DNA from: the human T2T-CHM13v2.0 reference genome, Homo sapiens
Assembly: GCF_009914755.1 (NCBI RefSeq)
Contig: NC_060941.1
Strand: one strand, 5' to 3'
DNA: 64,000 nt
This document shows positions 29,401-43,720 of the stretch, in pieces. Made by a program: the position numbers and the translations under genes. Below the pieces are notes generated by a model. It was not told where the DNA came from. It ran no database searches and saw nothing but the letters and a program-made list of their open reading frames with translations. Each line of letters begins with the position of its first letter. Positions within the stretch are counted from its first letter, which is position 1.

Positions 29401-30904
29401 ACACACAAACACACTCGGACCACCTTCAGGAAAGCAGGAACCGTGAGCCCAGGGAGGAAGTGGAGTGAGGAAAGCGCTTCTCTCCTCACCATCTCTCCTC
29501 CAAACCCCAGCTCCGGCGGGCAGAGGGAGAAGGGACCACAGTGCTGAAATAGTAACAGAACACAAGAGGCAAGGGGCTCCCATGCACATCCTTCTGTCTT
29601 CTCCAGTCCCTGGGCCGCCCCAGCTTAGTCCCCAGGAGCACCCTGACCAAGGCTCGCTCAAGGTCAGGAGCAGCATGAGGCTGAGGCCCATGCCCTGCTC
29701 TAGGAGGAAGGAAGCAAGTTCTTGCCATCTGAGCTGGAATTGCAATGGCAGCAGTACCTCCAAGATGGAATTATAGTTCTCAAATGGCATTCTATCTCGG
29801 GGTCACAAAAGGACATCATAGATTTCTGTGGACTATATGAGATGTGACAGACCCCCCCGTATAAAGTCAATCAGCCTGCCCTTCACCTTTCATTAATTCA
29901 GAAGAATTTACTGAGCACCAACTACAAGCTAGGCAGGGTCCCTGCCCTCAAGGAGCTAAACAGACTAGAGGTAAGCACAGAAACAGACAGAAATCCCGTG
30001 TGACCAAGCTGTGCCGGTGGAGCGCTCGGAGTGCATTTTCATGTCTCTGTACACTGGGGACGGCGTATGCAACACAAAAACACTGAACTCGTGTGTTTCT
30101 GCTTCTGAAATAGTACACGAATAGTTCGTGAGAAAGCTGAAGGGAATTACAGAATGATGTACGGTCAGCCCTTGTTCATGAAGAACAAAAAATTCTAGAT
30201 GTCTGGGCTGGCTGCGAGGCGATAAACGGGAACTTTTATATTCTAAGGATTTAGCTTCCATTTGCAAAGAAAAATGTTTATTTCTTGCAGTATATTTTTG
30301 TGTCTTTGGAGAATGCTCTGGCTGTGGATGTTTGCGATGGGCCAGGGATATAAAGTTGACACCTGGACACTGGGGCTGGTTGAAGCTCCACCCACATGAG
30401 TCAGAGAAAGGCAGATCCACCTGGTGGGAGGAGCAGGAGAGAGTGGGAAGATCCTGAAACAAGGCAAAGCCTGGGCTCGGCCTTTCAGGACACAAGCTGC
30501 AACAGGAAGTGTGAGAATGGGACTGCCCCAGCACACGCCGAGTGGGGATAGGGAAAGGCAGGAAGATGAGCTCAGGTAAACTCCAAGTTTGTTTGGTCAA
30601 ATTATCTCCTCCTGTGCCTCGTTTTATTCATCTATACAATGGGAACAATGATGCTCTCCACCTCACAGAGATGAGGTGAGGATTAAATAAGTTACTACAT
30701 GGCAAGCACGGAGAGCAATGCTCTAGTAGGTGCTCAATAAATGTTAGCTTTTACTGTCACTAATTTTTTTCTCGGGGGGAAGGGGTGGCAAATAATCCAC
30801 TATAGTCATATCACATATAAAAGTATTCTCAGTGGTTTCTGTAAATCACATTTCACTTTGCCTGTGGGAAAAAAAGGAGATGTAAGTTATTTAAAATAGG
30901 CACA

Positions 30905-32326
30905 TACTTTAAAATATTGGGTTTATTTTAAAAACTCAGCACAGTACAAACTGCCACACAAATTACTTTATACTAGCAACAACCGGTGCTCCTATTAATT
31001 CAAGTGTACACATTTAACTCCCCAGGTTAAACACCTTGTAATTTACCTTGAAGCTCTTTACATTCTGAAGTTATATAAAATTAAGCAGGAAAACATTAAC
31101 ATTAAATGAAAATCAATTTTGCACAAATAAGTGTGATCAAGCAGCTTAAATCACCTGAAATTCTTGTACTTCAGAGAAAAATCCCAGATGACAGCACTGG
31201 ACAGGTTATAAAGAGTTCCCTTATTCCCTGGGGGCGTCTCAGGCATTCTTTCTGCATGTTTCCTTCACTGAGCCTCAGGCTACGAATTGAGAGAAAGTCT
31301 TTCCAGGCAGTGGCCTGATTCTTACGCACATTCCGTTTCTTTTTCTGAATTCAGAGTTTCTGAAAACACAGGCTTTTCTCTTGGAAAACATGATCTGTAA
31401 GATGTTGGAGGACCAGGCTATGATGGTTCTTAAGTTTCTTCCTTTCTCTGGGGAGACACAGAGGTCTTCGCGCCATCCATCTGTTCCCTACTCCCACTTG
31501 GGTTCCTTTGTGGTATGAAATAGAGACACTTCTGACCTCATCGGAGACACAGCGAGGTCTGTACCTTCACCCAGGCACAGGAGAAGGCCTGGTCCTCTCC
31601 TGATTCCTCAAACTTCCTCTGAATCCAGAGAAAGTTTTTTATACCAGATTGTGTCAACACACAGCAATAAAATATGCTGAGGAACTAAAAATGTGAAAAT
31701 CACCTAGGAATGGAACGTTGAAGAAATGTGTGTCTATTATTGTGCACTGACAGCCAGGGGGCTCCTGTTTGGAATAAACTGCAGCAGAGGAGAGGTTTGG
31801 CAGCACAGCCAGACTGTGCTCTCCCTGAGTCTACAGCCTAGTAGGGCCAGAGGTCCTGACAGGAAATCGCCAAAGATGCAAAACAGGGGCCCCGTGATGG
31901 GACCAGCTAGTAGCCGCACTTGTGTTGGTATCAATGCCAGCAAGGGTTCAACAGCAACCTGAATCCTTGTGTGAAATATACGTATCGATTATCTTTCAAA
32001 ACATTTTCATCACCAAACTGAGCCAGAGGAATGAACATGGTATTTCAATAGGAAAAGTACACATTCTGAAAATATTGCCATAATCAAGTTGTGTTGCCTG
32101 GGCACTGATAAGTGTGATACATTGCATCATACATTTCCAGAACCATTGCCATGACAAAAGAAAATGCAAAGTGAGGATGACCTCCCCGGCACTGCCTTCC
32201 TTTCAGTGGGCAGCACCTTCTGGGCCTGGATGGACAGCTGAGGATGAAAATTTCCTGTGGGCCAAAACAAAGGGTGGTGCCATCCCTTCTCCAGTGTGAC
32301 ACAAACGGCCTCGCCTCAGAGAGCCT
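30905..32326 (-). other. KIAA0753: KIAA0753 3' UTR (~1.4 kb)
   Basis: Sequence between the stop codon and the poly(A) signal; no obvious interspersed repeats. Confidence 0.75.
30922..30927 (-). terminator. KIAA0753 polyadenylation signal AATAAA
   Basis: tttatt on the + strand; UGUA upstream in the transcript (~30945) and GU-rich/U-rich elements downstream (~30870-30908). Confidence 0.7.
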
Positions 32327-32464
<138 letters not shown>

Positions 32465-32480
32465 CTAAAGGTATGTACAA

Positions 32481-32836
<356 letters not shown>

Positions 32837-32861
32837 TTAACAAGTCAATTCTGAAATCTAA

Positions 32862-33192
<331 letters not shown>

Positions 33193-33475
33193 CAAGATAC
33201 TTTTGAAGAAGAAAAACAAGGTGAGAGGCCCTGCTCTCCTAGACAGAAGGATGGTGGTGCTTAGATCCCAAAGTCCTGCTAGAGGGACAGGCCTAAAACA
33301 TACACAGGATGGACTTCATCCTCAATGTGTTTGAAACCAGAGGCGACCAGCAACTAACCAGCTGCAACCTAGCCCCACCTCTAACAGCTGCCTGACCGGC
33401 CGACGGAGGAAGGGGTGTGCCTTCTCTGTAGGAGACGGGGGAGGACACTAGGGGACTCTGCACGGGTGCTCCTCT

Positions 33476-33477
<2 letters not shown>

Positions 33478-33511
<34 letters not shown>
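33478..33511. repeat. (CA)n microsatellite
   Basis: About 17 AC units. Confidence 0.95.
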
Positions 33512-33513
<2 letters not shown>

Positions 33514-33554
33514 TCATTTTCTGAACGGCGCAAGCTTCGTATCTCCCAAGTAGC

Positions 33555-36500
33555 CCTACAAACAAGGACATTCTCTTAAATAACTATGGTACAATTATCA
33601 CAATTATAAAATTAACATTGATACAAAACTAGTATCTATTCTACAGGCCTATCTATCTACAGGCCTTATTCAAATTTTGCCAACCATCCAAATAATTTCC
33701 TTCAAAAGAAATTTTTTGCTAGTCCAAGGTTCCAGTCTGGGATTCCATGTCGCATTTTGTTGTCACAGCTCTTTAGTCTACTGTAATCTAATAGTTCTTC
33801 AGTCTTTCTTTGCCTCTCATGACCTTAACATTTTTTAAAGAATAAAAGCCTTTTTTTGGGGGGGTGGGGAGAATATCCCTCAATTTGGGTTTTTTCCTTA
33901 TGATCAGATTCAGGACATACGGTTTTGAAAGAGATGCCACAGAAGGATAGTGTGTCCCTTCAGTGCACCATGATATCTATTTGATATCCATTAATGATGT
34001 CAGTTAATTTTGCATCACTGGGTTACGGTGATGTCTGCCAGGTTTCTCCCTTGTAAAGTTACTGTTTTCCCCTTTGTAATTAATAGGTATAGTGGAGGGA
34101 GATACTTTGAGACTATGTAAACTCCTGTTTCTCATGAAATTCGCCTAAATCAATTATTACAGGGTTGCCAAACACGGATTTTCTACTTCCATCACTTCTT
34201 CTCCATTTAATAGCTGGCATTCTACTGTAATGAAAGCTTTCCCTTGTCTTTTACTTATGTATTCATTCCTATCAGTTTGGCCTTATAGATTTTTATTTTA
34301 TTGTATAGTTTGTAATCCATTACTATTATTACATATTTCGATGCTTGAAAATGTCCTGGATTTGGCCCGTAGGTGCCTCTTGGGAACTCCTGTGAACTCT
34401 CGACATGTCCCCATCTTTCTTTGAGCACTTCCTTTCTAGCACAGTATGTCTGAGGCTTATCTTACATTTTTCCAGCCCCAGGCTTATAGTCAGCCATTCT
34501 TCCAAGAAGCCCTCGTGCCTCTTCATCTGGTGCCTCTTCATGGAGAACGGTATTTAGAAACCAAGATGTGGGTACTGGGTGTGCTCACTGCTACTGGCAC
34601 CTCTGCTTCTGGGCCTTCTCAGCAGACAAACTAAGAAACACCCTGTATCTATTTCTACGTCTATAAAAAACCATATATTCATCCCAGCCTTCCCCTAGAA
34701 ACCTTGCTCCCATTATTCACAATGTACTTACTTATTTGACCAATCCTAAAATATAGAGAAAATAGTTTTCAACTGTTAACCCATGTCACTGTATAAAAGA
34801 AACCTACAAACTAGAATCCAGTTATGTGTTTACAGTTCTTTTTGTCTTTAGCCAGAGGTAAAGAGTCAACATACTGTGTTCAAAAGTTATTTAGGCTTCA
34901 TGCCGTTAATATGATTATATTATTTATTTGAAATACAGTTAAGTTCATGTTTCTGTTTGTATTCGACTTAAGGCCCCCGCCCCATCCCTGTTGACTAAGG
35001 GGATGTATAAGAAACATTAACATGGTTTCAAAAGTCAGAGTTACACAAAAATGGTAAATGCAGATAAGTTTCACTCCCCCTCTCCTATTCCTTCTACCCC
35101 ATTCCCACCCAGTTTTTGTTTTTTCGCTAATCTGACAATCTTTTGTCTTTTAATTGGCATGTAAGGTCCTTTTTCATTTAATGTTATTCTGATTTGAGTT
35201 TATGCTTCTAAAATAATAGGCATTTTCTATATTTGTCTCTTTGTTCTCTCTTCTTTCTTGGTTTCCTTTAGATTTTGTAATTTTTAAACTACATTTGCTC
35301 TTCTCTATTGACTTGGACATTACACACACTTTTATGATTCTTTAAGTGGCCACCCTGGATTACAACAAGTATCCATGACTTGACGTCTAACATTAATTGA
35401 TATTCTTACCTTTTTTCCCATACAATGCAAGAACCTTAGAATACGAACTCTATTCCCTTCCTGACTTATATTCTTACATGCTATTGTTACTGTATATTTT
35501 AAACGCGTGAGTACACATACACACGCATCCATAAAACATCAGTATTGTTTCATACAGCCAATATTCACTTTAACCTACCTATTTACCTATTTTTAAAATT
35601 CATGCCTCCCTATATTTCTGACCTTCCATCTGTGACTGTTTTCTTTCTTCCCCCAAAATACCCTTTTTAATATTTCCTACAGTGAAGGTCTACTGCTAAT
35701 TCAGCTTTGTTAAGAAACTCTTTTCTCACCTTGCCTTTTGATGTATCTTTCACTGGGCTTAGAACTCCAGACTGGTAGTTCTTTTCGTTTGGAATTTTAA
35801 AAGATGCCAGGTCTTCCAGTTTCCACTGTTTTTGTTTATCTTGATTTTTCTTCCTCCAGCCGATTTTAAGATTTTCTCTATCTGTGATTTTTCAGCAATA
35901 TTGAGTATGGATTTCTTTTTATTTTCCTTGCTTGGGGTTTTTGGAGCTTCTTGAATCTACGGCTTGATGTCTTTTGCTACTCTGGGGAAGTGATGGCCAT
36001 TATCTCTTGGGATGTTGTTTGTGACTCGTTTTCTCTCTCTCCTGACCTGAGATTCCAACAACACGTTAGACCTTCTTACCTCCTCTATGTCCCTTTCCCT
36101 CTCTTCTTCACTTTTCGTCTTTTTTTGTGTGTCTCCGGGAATCACTCTGGATATTTTCTTCTGTCCTATGTTCCAAGTCTCTAATATTTTCTTCTGTTGT
36201 GTCTAATTTGCTATTGAGCCCAACCAATGAATTCTTCATTTCAGAAACTTTATCTTTCATTCTAGAATGTCCATTTGGATTTTGTTTAGTTCCCAGTTCT
36301 ATGCCAAAGTTCTAATTCATGTCTTTTATTTCTATGAATGCACTAGGCACAGTTATTTTAATGTCTGTGTCTGATAGCTCTAATGTTTGTATCTGCCGTA
36401 GGTCTGTTCTTGGTATTGTCTTGTCCCTCTGTTGCCTGGTTATTTTTCACCATATACTAGACAATGTATTCAACAGTCGTAGAAATAAATTGATTTCTAA

Positions 36501-38500
36501 GATGATGTTATTTTCCTCCAGAGAAAATTTATGTTTTCTAATGCATGGTGCCTGTGGGGCAGTAACAATCTAGAATCACCTCAATCCAATCTGAGATAAT
36601 TTGGAGCTGAGTGGAGTCCCTGAGAAGGCCTATTTACATCCAGGTCACCTGTACTTCCAGAGTGCAATCTTTTAGGAGCTCAATTAAAAGTGAAGAAAGT
36701 TCACCAGGACAATTCCCCCACTTTAGCAACCCGTGAATTCCAACCTCTGTCCTCTGATTCCAGCCTCTGTCCTCTGTTCTGAAAAGGCTGTCAGAAGTGC
36801 TGCTCATCTCCCTACAAACTGACTATCCAGTGCTCAACAAAGGGCTAACCTCCCCAGGGCTCTGTCTTCTCCAGGACCCTGGCCCAGTTATTCTTCATTA
36901 CCTAGTTAACTTCTTGATGCCTTCAAGAATATAGGTTTTATTTTTAATACAGCTTTTCTATTAACAGTTATCCTCAGTGGGAGAGGTGGTCCAGATTACC
37001 AAGTGCGTCATCACTAGAAGCAGAAGTGATTGCCTCGTTTTTATGTTTGCTTCACTTTCTATATTCCTATCACTAATTTATACCCAAACTGTGAGAGAAA
37101 TACAAGGGTACTTCTGCTACATTCCAACACATTAGGTACTGTATCTGTTTTTCTTCTTCTTCTTCCTTCTTTAATCTTCCCCGTTCTGCATTTCCCCTTG
37201 TGGAACCATCCCCGCTGGAGTGCTCTTTCCCACTACTCTAATCTGGATTAGTTCTTTTCTATGCTCACTGAAAAATCTTGTCCTGGAAAGGTTTTTGCCA
37301 TTCTTCTGGAAGTTCCACGGTAGAGTCTAAGTTTACTAAAACTCAAGTCTTCCTCTTTATGTACATCTTGCATTGGTAATCTAGATCTTCCAGTAGCATG
37401 TGAACTAAATTTTTAAACACTTTGCCCACCTGAAAATGTGTTTTTGTTTGGAGTGCAGTGGTGCCATCTCAGCTCACTGCAGCCTTGATTTCCTGGGCTC
37501 AAGCAATCCTCCCACCTCAGCCTCCTGAGTAACTGGGACTACAGGCATGTACCACCATGCCCAGCTAATTTTTTGTTTTTTGTAGAGAAGAAGTCTCACC
37601 TTGGGCTGGTATCAAACTCCTGGGCTCAAGCAATCCTCCTGCCTCAGCCTCTCAAAGTGCTGAGATTAGATGTGAGCCACCATACCCGGGCCCTAAAAAT
37701 GTTTCTATTCTATCTGCCCTTATCTTTAATTGATAATTTATCTGAGCACATAATGCTAGGTTAAATTTTGGAAGTAGGCTCTAATATCTTCTAGCTTCTG
37801 GTGTTATTAAAAACAATATGCCATTCTCATTTCTGATTATTTGAATGTGTACAGTTTTTACCCTCTGGAATCTTTTGTCATCTTTCTTTTCCTTATATTG
37901 AGATGCTCAAATTTCCTTTTCATAATGATGTGCCATGGTGTGTTCTGTTCTATTCATTTATTCCTTCACTCACTCACTCACAAGTAGACAACTGATGAAC
38001 CCTTTCAATCTAAAGACTAACAGTCTTCTGGGAAATTTTCTTATAGCATTTCTCTGATAATTTCCCATTGCTCCTTTTTCCTTTTTCCCACATTCTGGAA
38101 CTCCAGTGATTCAGATGTTGAATCTCCTAGAACGGCTTCTAATTTTAAAAATATTTTATTCTCTATTATCTAGCTTCTTGTCTTTTTATTCTACTGCCTG
38201 AGACATTTGACATTTTCTTTGGATCCTTCCAGTGAGTTTACTTGAGCCATCATGTTTTTAATTTCTAAGAACTTTCTTTTTATTCCCTGGAAGTTCCTTT
38301 TTTATAGTATCCTGTTCTTGTTTCATGATATAACAGTTTCACTTAGCTCTCTGAGAATATTAATTCTAGTCTGTTTTTAATGTTTTATTCTTCTCACTGT
38401 ATTGTCTGCTTTGCTTCCTCAGAGTGCTTATCTGATATAATAGCCTATGTATCTTTTATCAAATATCTGGTCATCTCAGGTCATCTGCTCATTTTCAAAA
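33555..38500 (-). mobile_element. Decayed ancient L1 (L1M-class) fragments
   Basis: T-rich + strand with motifs recalled from L1MC 3' ends (aacaaggacattctctt...ttaacattgataca); probably several pieces, boundaries coarse. Confidence 0.6.
37440..37692 (-). mobile_element. AluJ, partial
   Basis: Diverged antisense Alu with J-type ctgggctcaagcaatcctcc motifs. Confidence 0.85.
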
Positions 38501-38542
38501 ATAAGAATGTCAACCAAGCCTCCTATTTCCTGACTCATCTAT

Positions 38543-38948
38543 TGATACAGTTTGTATATTTGTTCCCGCTCAAATCTCATGATGAACTGTAATCCCCACT
38601 GCTGGAGGTGGGGCCTGGTGGGAAGTGTTTGGATCACGGGAGAGGATCCCTCATGCTTTGGTGCTGTCTTTCTTCATGATAGTGAGTTCTCATGAGATCT
38701 GGTCATTTAAAAGTGTGTGGCATTCTCCCCCACCCCTTGCTTGCTCCTTCTTTTGCTATGTGATGTGACTGTTCCCCACTTTGTCTTCTGCCATGACGGT
38801 ACGTTTCCTAAGGTGTCCCGAGAAGCCAAGCATATGCCAGCACCATGCTTCCTGTAAAGCCTGCAGAACTGTAAGCTAATGAAACCTCTTTTCGTTATAA
38901 ATTACCCAGTCTCAGGTATTTATAGCAATGCAAGAATGGCCCAATACA
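38543..38948 (+). mobile_element. MST (MaLR) solo LTR
   Basis: TG...CA termini (tgatacagtttg ... gcccaataca) with typical MST body motifs. Confidence 0.85.
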
Positions 38949-39545
38949 CCTACACCCATGCATTCACAAGCATCTGATGCTTCTAATTCCTGAGTCTCAA
39001 CCAATGTTCTTTACAGATAAACTTGGTTCTTGCCTTCATCCTCATTAGGCACTTAGCTTTCTCTAGCCTGCTAAGTCAGTCACCATTGTCTAACTGCTTT
39101 ATGGCTTCCAAATTTTTATGGATATTTCTTGTTTGCTGTCATTGATGGTTTCATGTGTTTTATTCATTCTTGTAGTGACATATAGTGGGATAGAGATATA
39201 GGAAGTAAAGAGAAACATATACATTCATCTGTCCTTTTCAACCAGAATTCACTTGATTGTTTTTCAAGCCAGGAATTCTTAAGAGTTTGCTTTCAATAAG
39301 AGCACTGTCACCTTAAGCCTTTCCTTTCATATCACTCTTTTATTTGCATTCAGTTTATATCACCTGCTCAAGCTAATTGCTGGAACAGTGCTTTTCTTCA
39401 GGTATAAAGAGGAATAAAGACATTAAAAGAAAGGAAAAAACTCAGCTTTCTCCTTACCCAAGAGGCTTTAGATGAAGTCAACTGTCTTTGGATGCTTTTT
39501 AAAGATCTGATCAATATAACTCTCATCTTTGGAATATTCAAATCA

Positions 39546-39917
<372 letters not shown>

Positions 39918-41694
39918 TCAAAGAACAGCAGAGGAAAATATTGTAAAAATCCAGGCATATTTTAATAGCTCTGTCCTCTACATTTTAACCTGTTATTCTT
40001 TATAGGCTGAGAGATTTTCCCTACATCCACCTAACAACTGTGAACAAAATGTGTCATTTGATCAGGTGGTAAGAACACACAAGGAACAGTCTATCTTCCT
40101 TGGCTTGCTTTTGGGTTTCCCAATATCCTGGTTAGCCTAAGCAAGCCAGACAGGTTACAAGAAAATGAGTACATATGCTACAGGAGCGCGTGTTAACAAA
40201 AGGAAGCAAGTCGCGTTTACTTCTTCTCTTCTCCCAGATAATCCTTCAGAATACATGTGAAGACAAATTTGTGTCTCTACCAGAACAAAGCATCTTATAT
40301 ACTTTGAAGGGTACTATCATATATACCAAAGAAAAGTCTCAGGACTTCAGGGTCAACCTGAGGGCCTAAACACAAGTGATTATCCCTGATCCCACCCAAA
40401 ATCCCACTTGAATACAAGGAAATAAATAAATACATAAATCTACAAAAAGAGACACACGTGAGTGAGAAATGCCCAAGATTTTCAGAAGATAAACGCACAC
40501 AGAAGAATCATAACTGATTTAGCAGCATAGAGGGAGCTGAAACCTAAGAGTCTGTAAGTGGGGGTGGGAGGGATGCCAGGCAAAAACAAGCTGATTTGTC
40601 CTATAAAACATCGTGAAGGCTCAGGAAGTTAAGAGTGCTGAGAATCATGAAGGCAGAGTGCAGTATGGGGTAGAAAATGAGGAGACTGGCTGAAAATTTG
40701 CAGAACAAGCTGTTGGACTGACACACTCCACCCCTATTCGCAGCTAAGTGACAATCCCTTCCTCACCCCCACAAAAGAAGGAAGGTATATTCTTTGGAAA
40801 AAATAAACCAGTAATTTTAAATTCAGCCAAGTAATCAATCAAGTATGAAGGGAGACACTTTCACACTTGTAAGTTTCAAGAAATTTCCTCCAATACACAA
40901 AACAGGATATGCGCCATCAAAATAAGAGTGTAAACCAAGAAAGCGGAAGACAAGGGCATCAGAAAACAGGGAATCTATTACAGGGAGACGTAAGCTAACA
41001 GGAAGGGTGATGAGGAAGGGAAGCCCCAGGATGAAAACCATCCAGGAGATCTGGAGAGCAGCCGCCTGGACTCAGGTAGGAGGAAAAGGGGTCTCAGGAG
41101 AAAAAGTAAGGGTGGGGCCGATCACAGAGATTAACTGATACTTTTGATCCAGACAAAAATTATATTATTGAGAGGCTGGCTACTGCGTACGTAAAGTTAA
41201 CAAATATATAAAATAACTAGCAAATAAAAAGAAATGTAATCATAGTACACTACTATGCTACTATATAAATGTAATTATAGTATACTACTTAGCTCAATGA
41301 TGAAAAATATCTTGCATGTTTGTAACAAGGTGATAACTTGCGAGGAATTTAAATGTGGGCCCTGTTTAAAAAGAATAGATTTACACCTATCTTTTAATTA
41401 TTTGTACATAAAAAAAGGGCTACCCATTCTTCAAAATTTAGTAGCTACAGGATCTTGTTTTGTGACTCCACAAAACTACCTTACCCACATAAAGAAAGGA
41501 GGAGAAGGGTTAAAGAAAATGTTGCAAAATCAGAGGCCTGCTACTGATAAAAGCAAATTTGTCCCCACCAAGAACATGCCATGGTCATGGCTGTTTCCTG
41601 CCCAGGAATATTTTGTGTTCTCTGATGGGACAACATTAGCATTAACAGCAACAGGAAATCAGCTCTAACTGACTCCTGAGTATTGTACTTCTAT

Positions 41695-42144
41695 TGTTAG
41701 GGGCTGAATGTCTGTGTTTCCCCCATATTCGTATGTTGAAGCCCTAACCCCCAATGTGGTAGTATCTGTGGTGGGGCCTTTGGGAGATAATTAGGTTTAG
41801 ATGAGGTCATGAGGGTGGAGGTCCCTCAATGGGATCAGTGCCCTTCTGAGAAGAGGAAGAGACCACAGTTCCCTTTCTCTGTCACTTGAGGACACAGCAA
41901 GAAGGTGGCCATCTGCAAGCCAGGAAGAGGGCCCTCGACAGACACTCAATCTGCCATCACCTTGATCTTAGACTCCCCAGCCTCCAGAACTGTGAGAAAT
42001 ACATTCTTGTTTAAGTCACGCAGTCGATGGTATTCTGTGATGACAGCCTGAGCTGACTAGAACCCGATGGTATTCTGTGATGACAGCCTGAGCTGACTAG
42101 AACCCGATGGTATTCTGTGATGACAGCCTGAGCTGACTGGGACC
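41695..42144 (+). mobile_element. MLT1A-type (MaLR) solo LTR
   Basis: tgttaggggctgaatg...gaagccctaacccccaatgtg...ttaggtttagatgaggtcatgagggtgg...cagcctccagaactgtgagaaat. Confidence 0.85.
42025..42144. repeat. 3 x 40-bp tandem repeat at the LTR 3' end
   Basis: cgatggtattctgtgatgacagcctgagctgactagaacc starting at 42025, 42065 and 42105. Confidence 0.97.
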
Positions 42145-42332
42145 CTCTGCCTAGAAAAAGAAGGCTGCAGAGCACCCCTGTGGATGGCACCGCCTGTGCT
42201 GTTTTACGGTTCCCTGTGTCTGAAAATAGAGAGCCTGTCTCCTAGCCCAAGAACAACCACTGAAACTCCAGGGCCCAAAAGCATATGGGATAAGACCTTG
42301 GCTAATGCTTTCTCCAGCTTTTTCTAAGTCTA

Positions 42333-42635
<303 letters not shown>

Positions 42636-43111
42636 TCAAGATCATCTGTAAGCAAGACTAAACTGTTAATTTATCCTCATGGTTTGATAGCCAAAGGCTC
42701 ATCTTGATTTCTCTTTCTCACAATGAACAAAACTGAACAACCTAACACCATGCGTTGCTTCCCCTTTTCACGGAACCAACCCTCAACATGTGGGACTATC
42801 TGTCCCTTAAACAACAGCATTCTTAAAGCAAATCGTGCAGTAAATATCACTACAACCCACATGTACTGATGTGATGCTTTCCACATTAAAAAAACAGCTA
42901 AATGTTATTGAATACGGAAAAGCTCCTTAAAATGCAACACACTCAATGCCCATCTTGTAAACATGCTATTTACTCAGCCATCTTGGAGTTTGGCAAGATC
43001 TTGCTCAAAGGAAGAATTTCTGTCTGTCTTATGGGAACTGAAAGAATTCAAAATCTAATAACATCAAAGGTGACTGACTAGAATGAAATCAGAAAGTGTC
43101 TTTGCCACTTA

Positions 43112-43324
<213 letters not shown>

Positions 43325-43576
43325 TTACATGGACATCTCTTAAGCACGACAGGGTTGGCTAGCAGTGCAATGGGAAAATGCTCATTTTAAATGCAAAGGT
43401 GAATTTATATGTTACAAAGAAACAAATGAGGAATACGTTTTAAGAAATAATGAACTCGCTCTGAGGAAGGTTTCTTAAGGAGGTCTATGAAAAGCCCCAG
43501 GCTACATGGCTTCCATTAGGACCCAGCCACCCACTCAAGGAGTCTTAAGCAATTGGGTTTTTTAACCTTTAAATGC

Positions 43577-43720
43577 GAAGAAGAAGAAGAAGAAAGAAGA
43601 AGGAAGAAGAAGGAAGAAGGAAGAAGGAAGAAGGAAGAAGGAAGAAGGAAGAAGGAAGAAGGAAGAAGGAAGAAGGAAGAAGAAGAAGAAGAAGAAGAAG
43701 AAGAAGAAGAAGAAGAAGAA
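43577..43720. repeat. Compound (GAA)n/(GAAGAAG)n purine microsatellite
   Basis: (GAA)6, a run of 7-mer units, then (GAA)15; 144 bp of pure purine. Confidence 0.97.

Noticed and set aside
41255-41668. 137-aa + strand ORF in the last KIAA0753 intron, considered as a retrocopy or nested gene
   Set aside because: No recognisable homology, poly(A) tail or TSD.
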